Below, in pieces: positions 25,075-32,525 of a stretch of 32,525 nt of DNA. The stretch covers positions 1 to 32,525 of the forward strand of contig JBDRQD010000060.1 in NCBI GenBank assembly GCA_043826455.1. The letters run 5' to 3'. The stretch comes from Candidatus Bathyarchaeota archaeon (GTDB taxonomy: Archaea > Thermoproteota > Bathyarchaeia > TCS64). Positions within the stretch are counted from its first letter, which is position 1; each line of letters opens with the position of its first letter. A model generated the notes under the pieces. That model made no database searches, was not told the DNA's origin, and saw nothing but the letters and a program-made list of their open reading frames with translations. Both the position numbers and the translations under genes were made by a program.

Positions 25075-26885
25075 GACCTGTAGACGGGCTTCCTCTTCTC
25101 GTTGAAGGCCGTGATGCCCTCACGAAGCTCCCCGTGGTCCCAGAGGCCGGTGAAGGCGTCCTCCTCGGCCTTCAGGGCCTTGGATAGCTGGGGGTCCAGG
25201 CTCAGGAGCCTCTTGATCTCAGCAATGGCGTGGGGCGGCCCCTCCGCCATCTTCTTGGCGTACTCCCAGACTCGGGCCTCGAACTCGGCCGCCGGGTAGA
25301 CTGTGTTAACCAGCCCGGCCTTGTGGGCCTCCTCGGCGTCCAGTCTCCTGCCCGTGAGGATCATCTCCCCGGCCAGGGTCTTGCCCACCAGCCTGGACAG
25401 CATGTAGGTGGCGCCCCAGCCCGGCATGAGACCCAGGGTCACCTCGGGTTGACCAAACCGTGCCTTTTCCGAGGCCAGCCTGATGTCGCAGAAGAGGGCT
25501 AGCTCGCATCCTCCCCCCAGACAGTAGCCGTTCACTGCAGCCACCACCGGCTTAGGAGTCTCCATGATCTTCTTGAAGACCCTGTGGCCGGTCTGGGGCA
25601 CCTTCCTGGCCTGGGTCTTGTTGAACTCCAGGAAGGCGTTGATGTCGGCCCCGGCGCTGAAGGCCCTGTCTCCGGCTCCCTTGAACAGGATGCAGCCCAC
25701 AGAGGCGTCCTTAGCGGCTTCCTCCAGGGCCGCCTCTATCTGCTCCAGCATGTCCAGTGTGAGGCTGTTGAGCTTGGCCGGCCTGTTGATGGTTATGACG
25801 TAGACTCCCTCCTTTTTCTCGGTGAGGATGGGCTTCTCCTCGCCCAGCCCGGCCTGCCTCATCTCGAAGGGGCCCTTGGGGATGTTGGCGCCCAGCTTCA
25901 TGGCCGTGTCCACGTCTGCCTCCGAGGCCACACCCTCCTTGACCAGCTTCTCGGCCTCAGCCACGAAGGGCCGCAGCAGCAGTGCCACGTCGAAGCCCTC
26001 TGCCTGGGCCTCGGTGACGCTGGGCCTCTCCTTGTAGCCGTAGAAGCCTTGGCCTGTCTTGCGGCCCAGCTTCTTGGCCTCGTAGAGGGCCGTGATGCGT
26101 TTGTCTGGCTTGTACCCTGGGCCCAGTTTCTCCTCGAACACTTTGAGTATGTCGTGGACTATGTCCAGTCCTATGAGGTCGCTGAGCATGAAGGGGCCCA
26201 GGGGCATGCCCGCCTTGTGCTGCATGGCCGCGTCTATCTGCTCCACGCTGTACTTGTCCAGGAGCTTGGCGGCGTCGTTGAGGTAGGTGACGAGGACCCT
26301 GTTCACTATGAATCCCGGAGAGTCTTTCTTTACGTGGACGGGGGTCTTGCCCATGCGCTTGGCCAGCTCAATGACCGTCTCAACGGTCTCAGGCTTGGTC
26401 TCGGCGCCCTGGTTGACCTCCACCAGCCTCATGAGGGCCGGCGGGTTGAAGAAGTGCATGCCTATGAAGCGGCCCGGGCCTGGCACGGCCTCGGCTATCT
26501 CGGTGATGCTGAGGCTGCTGGTGTTGCTGGCCAGTATGGTGTCCTTGGGCGCCTTGGAGGCCACCTCCTTCCAGACGCTGTGCTTGATGCTCATCTTCTC
26601 CGGGATGGCCTCCACCACCAGTTGGGCATCCTTCACGGCCTCGCCGAGGTCCACGGTGAACCTGATCCTCGCCAGAGTCGCCTCCATGTCCCCGGGGCTC
26701 ATCCGGCCCCGCTCCACAAGCTTCCCGAGGCTTCCCCTGATTCCCTCCTCCGCCTTGGCCAGGAACTCCTGGGCTATGTCCCTGACGGTGACCGTGTACC
26801 CGGCGGAGGCGGCCACCTGGGCTATGCCGTGGCCCATGACCCCCGCGCCGAGGACAGTGATCCTCTGAACCTGATCAGCCTTCAT
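25071..26885 (-). CDS. 3-hydroxyacyl-CoA dehydrogenase / enoyl-CoA hydratase fusion
   Basis: HAD part: GAGVMGHGIA, SNTSSL, GMHFFNP, PGFIVNR. Crotonase part: NRPAKLN, FSAGADI, GGGCELA, GQPEV. Confidence 0.95.
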   Translation of the reverse strand: MKADQVQRITVLGAGVMGHGIAQVAASAGYTVTVRDIAQEFLAKAEEGIRGSLGKLVERGRMSPGDMEATLARIRFTVDLGEAVKDAQLVVEAIPEKMSIKHSVWKEVASKAPKDTILASNTSSLSITEIAEAVPGPGRFIGMHFFNPPALMRLVEVNQGAETKPETVETVIELAKRMGKTPVHVKKDSPGFIVNRVLVTYLNDAAKLLDKYSVEQIDAAMQHKAGMPLGPFMLSDLIGLDIVHDILKVFEEKLGPGYKPDKRITALYEAKKLGRKTGQGFYGYKERPSVTEAQAEGFDVALLLRPFVAEAEKLVKEGVASEADVDTAMKLGANIPKGPFEMRQAGLGEEKPILTEKKEGVYVITINRPAKLNSLTLDMLEQIEAALEEAAKDASVGCILFKGAGDRAFSAGADINAFLEFNKTQARKVPQTGHRVFKKIMETPKPVVAAVNGYCLGGGCELALFCDIRLASEKARFGQPEVTLGLMPGWGATYMLSRLVGKTLAGEMILTGRRLDAEEAHKAGLVNTVYPAAEFEARVWEYAKKMAEGPPHAIAEIKRLLSLDPQLSKALKAEEDAFTGLWDHGELREGITAFNEKRKPVYRS

Positions 26886-26980
26886 TACGTTTCAAGGGTT
26901 TATCAGAGTCTGGGTTTAAAGCGTTTTTCGGGTGGTAAAGGCTTTAACCGCATCACCCCATGATAGCCGGGAGAAAAACG

Positions 26981-27766
26981 ATGAGGCAGATAGTTCTGCT
27001 GAAGGACATACCGGACCTCACGGAGATCAAGGTGGACTCGGAGACCCGGGCGCCCAGGGTGGAGGGCGTGAAGCGCAGGATCAGCGACCTGGATAAGCGG
27101 GCTCTGGAGGCCGCTATCAGGCTCAAGGAGACGGTGGGCGGCGAGATTCTGGCCCTATCCATGGGGGACGACAAGACCAGGACCGCGATGCTGGAGGCCC
27201 TGGCCATGGGGGCCGACGCTGCCTACGTGGTAGACGAGCCCGGGTTTAGGGGCCTGGACACCAACGCCACCAGCATCGTCCTGGAGGCCGCCATACGCAA
27301 GATTGGTGAATACGACCTGATTGTCTCTGGGGAGATGACCCTGGACAGCCTCAGCAGCCAGGTGGGGCCCAGGGTGGCCGAGCTCCTGGACCTGCCCCAG
27401 CTCACATACGTCAAGGAGGTGTCGGTTGGCGGAGGCAAGGTGAAGGCCGTCAGGGACCTGGAGGACGCGGATGAGGTGGCCGAAGCTCCGCTGCCGGCGC
27501 TCATCACCGTTGTCCGGGAGATCAATGAGCCTAGGATACCCAGTCTCATGAACATCATGAAGGCCAAGAGGAAGCCCCAGTCCGTGTGGACGGCCCAGGA
27601 CCTGGGTCTGGACCCGGCCGGGGTGCAGGCCATGAGCCACGTGAAAGTTCTGGGAGTCACCGCGCCCAAGGTGGAGCGGAAGCAGATCAGGGTGGAGGCC
27701 GACACCGTGGAGGAGGCGGCTGCCAAGCTGGTGGAGCACCTGGTGGGGGAGGGGGTCATAAGATGA
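26981..27766 (+). CDS. etfB: Electron transfer flavoprotein beta subunit
   Basis: LKDIPD, DKRALEAA, ALAMGAD, QVGPRVAELL and INEPRIPS; the start is 26981 or 26960. Confidence 0.92.
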   Translation: MRQIVLLKDIPDLTEIKVDSETRAPRVEGVKRRISDLDKRALEAAIRLKETVGGEILALSMGDDKTRTAMLEALAMGADAAYVVDEPGFRGLDTNATSIVLEAAIRKIGEYDLIVSGEMTLDSLSSQVGPRVAELLDLPQLTYVKEVSVGGGKVKAVRDLEDADEVAEAPLPALITVVREINEPRIPSLMNIMKAKRKPQSVWTAQDLGLDPAGVQAMSHVKVLGVTAPKVERKQIRVEADTVEEAAAKLVEHLVGEGVIR

Positions 27767-28689
27767 GGTTCCTAGTTTTCAGCGAAGACCCTGAGGTCGG
27801 CGCCCAGCTCACGGGCAGGGCTAGAGCCCTAGCCAACCAGACCGGGGGGGAAGTAATTGCATTGACCACAGGAGACCCTGCCCTGTGTTTCAGGTTCGGC
27901 GCGGGTAGAGTGGTGAAGGTTGATGGGTTAGGTGAGTTCGCCGTTGAGCCCTACAAGGTGGCCATGGTTCGCGCAGTTGAGGCAGTCAACCCTAACGTGG
28001 TGCTGATTGGCGCTACCAGGAGGGGAAAGGAGCTGGCCCCCAGGCTGGCCGCCGCTCTCCGGGTGGGCTCCATGACGGAGTGCACCTCAGTGGACATAGT
28101 TGACGGGCGGGTAGTCGTTGAGCGTCTCACCTACGGGGGCTCAACAGTAGCCAGGGAGGCTTGCACCAGCAGCCCCACGGTGATATCGGTGCCGCCCCGC
28201 ACCTACGCGAAGCCTGAGCCCTCAGACAAGGCCGGGGAAGTTATCGAGCTGAAGGTTGAGGCCCCCGAGCCAAGAGTGAAGGTGCTGGAGAGGCGCCCCA
28301 AGCCCAAGGCGTCAGCGGACCTGGAGAGTGCCTCCATCATCGTGTCCGCGGGCCGCGGCTTCAAGGCCAAGGAGGACCTGAGGCTCCTAGAAGAGCTGGC
28401 CGAGGTCCTGGGCGCCCAGATGGGGTGCACCAGGCCGATCAGCGCGGACCTGGGATGGATGGACCAGTGGGTAGGGATAAGCGGCAAGAAGGTGAGGCCC
28501 AGTCTCTACGTGGCCTGCGGCATCAGCGGCACCATCCAGCACGTGGCGGGCATCAGGGACAGCCAGATCATCGTCAGCGTCAACAGCGACGAGTCGGCGG
28601 GCATCCACGGCATCAGCGACTACAGCATCGTGGGAGACGTGTACAAAGTGCTACCCGCCCTGGCTAAGGCTCTCAGGGAACGAGCCTAA
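27763..28689 (+). CDS. etfA: Electron transfer flavoprotein alpha subunit, 308 aa
   Basis: ATGA overlap with the etfB stop; IVSAGRG, GCTRP, VGISG, LYVACGISGTIQH and IVGD. Confidence 0.92.
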   Translation: MRFLVFSEDPEVGAQLTGRARALANQTGGEVIALTTGDPALCFRFGAGRVVKVDGLGEFAVEPYKVAMVRAVEAVNPNVVLIGATRRGKELAPRLAAALRVGSMTECTSVDIVDGRVVVERLTYGGSTVAREACTSSPTVISVPPRTYAKPEPSDKAGEVIELKVEAPEPRVKVLERRPKPKASADLESASIIVSAGRGFKAKEDLRLLEELAEVLGAQMGCTRPISADLGWMDQWVGISGKKVRPSLYVACGISGTIQHVAGIRDSQIIVSVNSDESAGIHGISDYSIVGDVYKVLPALAKALRERA

Positions 28690-28721
28690 GTTTTTTCACC
28701 CACCAAACACATTATTCTCAC

Positions 28722-29498
28722 ATGGTTCTAGGCGAGGAGACCCTCAAGGCCATCAGGGACGCCGCAAGGATGATCGTTGACAGCAGCTACGTCACCTGCC
28801 TCACCGGAGCAGGCATCAGTGTGGAGAGCGGCATCAGGCCCTTCAGAGGCCCCGGCGGCCTGTGGACGGAGAGAGGGGAGCCCCCCATGGACGGGTACCA
28901 GCGGTTCATCCGGGACCCCAAAGCTTACTGGGAGCGCCGCATGAAGGACACAGGAGAGTTCGGCATCAGCATCATGGGGGCCAATCCCAACCCGGGCCAC
29001 CTGGCCCTGGCCGAGCTGGAGGGAATGGGTGTCCTCAGGTGGCTCATCACCCAGAACATAGACAACCTCCACTTGGCGGCGGGGAGCAGGAACGTCCTGG
29101 AGATACACGGAAACAGCATGTACCTGCGGTGCCTGGAGTGCTCCTCCAAGTGGCCCGTGGCCGAGTTCAGGCTGGAAGACATTCCCCCCAGGTGCCCCGA
29201 GTGTGATGGCATAGTGAAGAGCGACACGGTGATGTTCGGGGAGCCCATACCGGCGACGGTGCTGGCCAGGTGCTTCGAGGAGGCGGGCCGGAGCGACTGC
29301 ATGATGGTGGCGGGGACCAGCGCCACGGTGACCCCGGCCGCCAACCTGCCCGTCATGGTGAAGAGGGGCGGCGGTAGGCTGGCGGAGTTCAACATCAGGA
29401 GCAGCGAGATAAGCTATATCTGCGACGCCAACGTGTACGCGCCTTCAGGCGAGTCTCTGCCCGTGCTGGTAGAGGAAATAAAGAGAATTTATCGATAA
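28722..29498 (+). CDS. cobB: Sir2-family NAD-dependent protein deacylase
   Basis: TGAGISVESGI, TQNIDNLH, EIHG, CLEC/CPEC zinc site, VMFGE and GTS. Confidence 0.92.
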   Translation: MVLGEETLKAIRDAARMIVDSSYVTCLTGAGISVESGIRPFRGPGGLWTERGEPPMDGYQRFIRDPKAYWERRMKDTGEFGISIMGANPNPGHLALAELEGMGVLRWLITQNIDNLHLAAGSRNVLEIHGNSMYLRCLECSSKWPVAEFRLEDIPPRCPECDGIVKSDTVMFGEPIPATVLARCFEEAGRSDCMMVAGTSATVTPAANLPVMVKRGGGRLAEFNIRSSEISYICDANVYAPSGESLPVLVEEIKRIYR

Positions 29499-29879
29499 GC
29501 CATGTTAATTTATTTCACAAGCGCGCGCTGTGTGTGGCCATATCAGGTTCATTAGCCTTACCATAAGGTCAACTCTTGTCTTGAAGGTCATCTGGTTGAC
29601 TGGATCAAGCATATTAGCCCATATGACTGGAGAAATAGGATCGACGAGAAACGCGGACGTGAACCTATGCTGAGGCTGCGGTCGCTGTCCGTCTCAGATT
29701 TGTCCATCAGCTGAGACTAAACGTTACTCGATTTAAGTGTTATTTGACGACAGTCCTCTATACGGCTGTTGCAAATAATTCACTCTAAATTGCGTTAGGA
29801 GAAATTAAGGTTTTACTTTAGTGCTGGAATGTATTCAGTTGGCTGTATAGTTGGGGCTTCGGTTGAAGGAAAACGTTTA

Positions 29880-29907
29880 TTATGTTAAATGTTTACACTT
29901 GACATAA
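29880..29907. promoter_or_regulatory. 28-bp palindromic operator between the TATA box and the start of the HTH gene
   Basis: TTATGTTAAATGT-TT-ACACTTGACATAA (11 of 13 pairs), following GAAAACGTTTATTA (BRE/TATA) and ending 4 nt before ATG 29912. Confidence 0.7.
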
Positions 29908-29911
29908 GACT

Positions 29912-30397
29912 ATGTCGTTCAGAGCCGGCTACCTCACCCCACGGGAAACAGAGATATGGAGCCTCAGGAGACGAATCCCCAACCAGTCCGAGATCGCCAG
30001 AACCCTAGGAGTCAGCAGGCAGGCCGTCAACATATCCCTGGGCATAATAACAGGGAAGATGGAGCAAACCTTCCAGGAGTGCCTGGACGCCAACAACCTG
30101 AAGCCCAGGAAGATCAACCTCGTCGAAGGCGTCATGGAGGCCTACAGCCCGGCATACGAGTTGCCGGTCATCGTCAGCCTCAGCGTCGCCAACGGCCTGA
30201 AGGTCTGGTACCTCTACGAGGGCAGGTGTGGCCGCTGCGACCTGGAGCGAGGATGCCGGAGGGCGCTTCTGGGTGAGGCGCGTGAGAGGTGCGTGGAGCT
30301 GGGGCCCGAGGAGGTGAGGCTTGAGCCGACGAGGCTCGCCCATAAGATATTCTCAAGGTACCTGACGGAGGAGCACACCGTTGACAAGAAAGAGTGA
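29912..30397 (+). CDS. HTH DNA-binding protein (sigma70-r4/Tfx-like) with a C-terminal CxxC-x5-C motif
   Basis: LTPRETEIW...QSEIARTLGVSRQAVN and CGRCDLERGC. Confidence 0.85.
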   Translation: MSFRAGYLTPRETEIWSLRRRIPNQSEIARTLGVSRQAVNISLGIITGKMEQTFQECLDANNLKPRKINLVEGVMEAYSPAYELPVIVSLSVANGLKVWYLYEGRCGRCDLERGCRRALLGEARERCVELGPEEVRLEPTRLAHKIFSRYLTEEHTVDKKE

Positions 30398-32174
30398 CAC
30401 GCTGGACGCGTGCCCGTTCCCGCCTGACAGGTCACCTCCACCTAAAACGGCGTCAACCAATGTTCTTGAGTACGCTGACCGGTTCTTCGAGGGCTGGAGG
30501 AACTACATGGGGTTAGTGACGATGATGGGCCTCGTTTTAGCGTACAGCCTGCTAGTGATACCTCCACCACTGATCACCAGGGCCACTACACCCGAGACCT
30601 GGAACACGCCGATGGAGTATAGGCAGTCACATGTAGACTATTTCAAATGGGTGAATGTGAGGGAGCCGGACTACAGCACCTCAAAACAATTAATTCTGGA
30701 AGGCGACCAGGTGCTTGAGTTCAAGGACCAGACAGTAAATTTCACTGATCTCGTCCTAGTAAAGGGCAACGCCAAGATTATACTAAGGAATTCGACGCTC
30801 ATCGCCCCGGACTACCCGGGGTACATGTTCGAGGATATATTCCACGATTACGCTGGGATGGTGTTCAACGGCAGTGCAAGGCTTGAGGCCTACGACTCGT
30901 TCGTCACGCCCTCTAGACGTTTCATTCCGAATCCATCTTTACAGTTAACCTTTAACATTGGTTTCATGGGGCAAAGCAGCTGCTATCTTGAGAATACATT
31001 GATCGTCAACTGCACTCTAAATTTCGACGATTCAGCGACGCTAGAAGCCATAGAGTCGTCCATCTATGGAGTGAACGCAGACCGCTCGAGCTCCCTCAAG
31101 CTCGTAAACTCCTACGTAAGTGTGTTAAAACAAGATAACTATTGGAGGAGCAGGTGGGCGAACCCTGTGAAGGAGGTGGACGCGTCCGCCTACCTTGAAG
31201 GTTCAAGGGTCGATTTGCTCATGGTTAGAGTCGTGAACAGCTCAAGCTGCCAAATAACCGGTAATGTGGGGGAGCAGAGCTTCTGGAATATCTATGACGC
31301 CTTCAAGATAGACGGCGACACAATGAACGTCACCCTGCGCGGGGGCTCGACTGCCGGGTCGGTCTGGGTCTACGCGATAAACAGCAGACTCAACATCACG
31401 GACGCGGAGGTCTACTTCGTGCAGGCGAGACGGTCAAAGGTGTCGATGAAGGATACCAAGGTCATCTCTGTTTCACTGTATGGCGACTCCAGCCTCACGG
31501 CCAAGGACTCGAACATCTATTCATTCGTCGCGGAATCCCATCCACCCAACATGGAATATCTCTGGGGCGTGCCCGCGGGGAGGTTTCACCAGAACGCTTC
31601 AATAGCGAAGACGCGGCTCGAGAGCATGAGGCTGGGCGCTAATTGTAGGTACAACTTCTCTGATGTCTACGTGGGCGACGCCTCAATCCGAGGCTTCGAG
31701 AGCGTTCTTTCGGGTAGCATCGCCTGGGGGCAGGGCATCAGCAACGAGTTCTACTTAACTCCATACGATAGGTTCGCGTTCACCCAAGTCTTTGAGGTCC
31801 ACACCCAGGGCCAGGAACGAGTGCTCCCCGGAGTCAGCTTTGTTCTCACCGACAAGGACGGCAATGTTGTGTGGGAGGGCGCCAGCGACGGGAACGGCGT
31901 GGCGTCCTTCAACATCACCTTCTGCCAATACTACCCCCTGCACGAGCCCTACAAGTATGTCACCAACTATATGGACGAGTGGAGGCTGAAGGCCATCTAC
32001 GGGGATAAAACCATGGAGACCGGCGTCGCACTGTTCAAAACAGGATCACCGATAGTGTTCGAGTTCTCTGAAGACAAACCTGTGCTTCCAGTAAGTAACG
32101 CTGCCTTAACCTATGCCAGTATGACCATAATCCTTCTAGCGACAACTCTGAAGTTCTGGACACTGCGACAGTGA
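30381..32174 (+). CDS. Large membrane-anchored surface protein (beta-rich/solenoid-like, C-terminal Ig-like domain)
   Basis: N-terminal TM segment (GLVTMMGLVLAYSLLVI), Ser/Asn-rich beta repeats, VLTDKDGNVVWEGASDGNG and a C-terminal hydrophobic anchor. The start is TTG 30381 or a later ATG. Confidence 0.75.
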   Translation: MTRKSDTLDACPFPPDRSPPPKTASTNVLEYADRFFEGWRNYMGLVTMMGLVLAYSLLVIPPPLITRATTPETWNTPMEYRQSHVDYFKWVNVREPDYSTSKQLILEGDQVLEFKDQTVNFTDLVLVKGNAKIILRNSTLIAPDYPGYMFEDIFHDYAGMVFNGSARLEAYDSFVTPSRRFIPNPSLQLTFNIGFMGQSSCYLENTLIVNCTLNFDDSATLEAIESSIYGVNADRSSSLKLVNSYVSVLKQDNYWRSRWANPVKEVDASAYLEGSRVDLLMVRVVNSSSCQITGNVGEQSFWNIYDAFKIDGDTMNVTLRGGSTAGSVWVYAINSRLNITDAEVYFVQARRSKVSMKDTKVISVSLYGDSSLTAKDSNIYSFVAESHPPNMEYLWGVPAGRFHQNASIAKTRLESMRLGANCRYNFSDVYVGDASIRGFESVLSGSIAWGQGISNEFYLTPYDRFAFTQVFEVHTQGQERVLPGVSFVLTDKDGNVVWEGASDGNGVASFNITFCQYYPLHEPYKYVTNYMDEWRLKAIYGDKTMETGVALFKTGSPIVFEFSEDKPVLPVSNAALTYASMTIILLATTLKFWTLRQ

Positions 32175-32525
32175 TATTCAAAACACCAGGTCATTCGATC
32201 ATCATCATGCCTCATCAACATTCTAAAATTCTCCTAATAAATTTCAAAATCATTTAATTTAACTCCCCAGTTAAAATAAGCCATATTATCTGGAGCTCAC
32301 CCCCCTAAAAGAGGAAAGCATCTCACCGAGGGGAAAGCATGAGGCAGAAGATGGAATTTTTTTTCCGCCTTATACCCTCTAGGACGGTATAAGCCACCCG
32401 GAGGAGGGAAGGTGTACGTACCCAGCCCACCCCGAGGCCGCGGCGAGAGGGGGAGTAGAGCAAAAAACCGGAAACAGACGCCCGCAGTCAAAAGGAGACC
32501 GGGAAACGCGCCTTTACGATCCCAT

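Noticed and set aside
27586..27762. N-terminal extension of EtfA
   Set aside because: Overlaps etfB out of frame; the ATGA coupling at 27763 marks the start.
29499..29860. Possible small gene or remnant in the gap after the sirtuin
   Set aside because: Only short frames with no convincing start or motif.
1..32525. CRISPR array, rRNA, transposase or integrase
   Set aside because: No regularly spaced repeats, rRNA signatures or recombinase motifs were seen by eye.

Overview
This is a GC-rich archaeal chromosomal segment; gene content and AGG/ATA-rich codon usage suggest Bathyarchaeia or a related TACK lineage (inference). The left end is accessory: an AT-rich partial ORF with a PD-(D/E)xK-like nuclease motif, a 5'-truncated degenerate tRNA-iMet, and a RelBE-type pair whose toxin is frameshifted. 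Next come a strand-skewed non-coding stretch, wHTH + cdc6/orc1, an AIR-synthase-family gene and a methyltransferase. A group 3b (sulfhydrogenase-type) [NiFe]-hydrogenase operon and tatD are divergent from hdrCBA, and HdrA carries a C-terminal MvhD-like domain with no cysteines at all. Then follow membrane/cupin/epimerase genes and trmB, divergent from a UDP-sulfoquinovose synthase-epimerase-GT2-APS kinase cluster. A beta-oxidation-type module (thiolase + DUF35, HAD/ECH fusion, etfBA, sirtuin) and an HTH regulator with a large surface protein end the window. The most interesting signals are the Cys-less HdrA-MvhD fusion sharing a promoter motif with the group 3b hydrogenase, the promoter-preceded tRNA 3' fragment, the sulfoquinovose/PAPS cluster and several clear operator palindromes. 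I saw no CRISPR array, rRNA or integrase.
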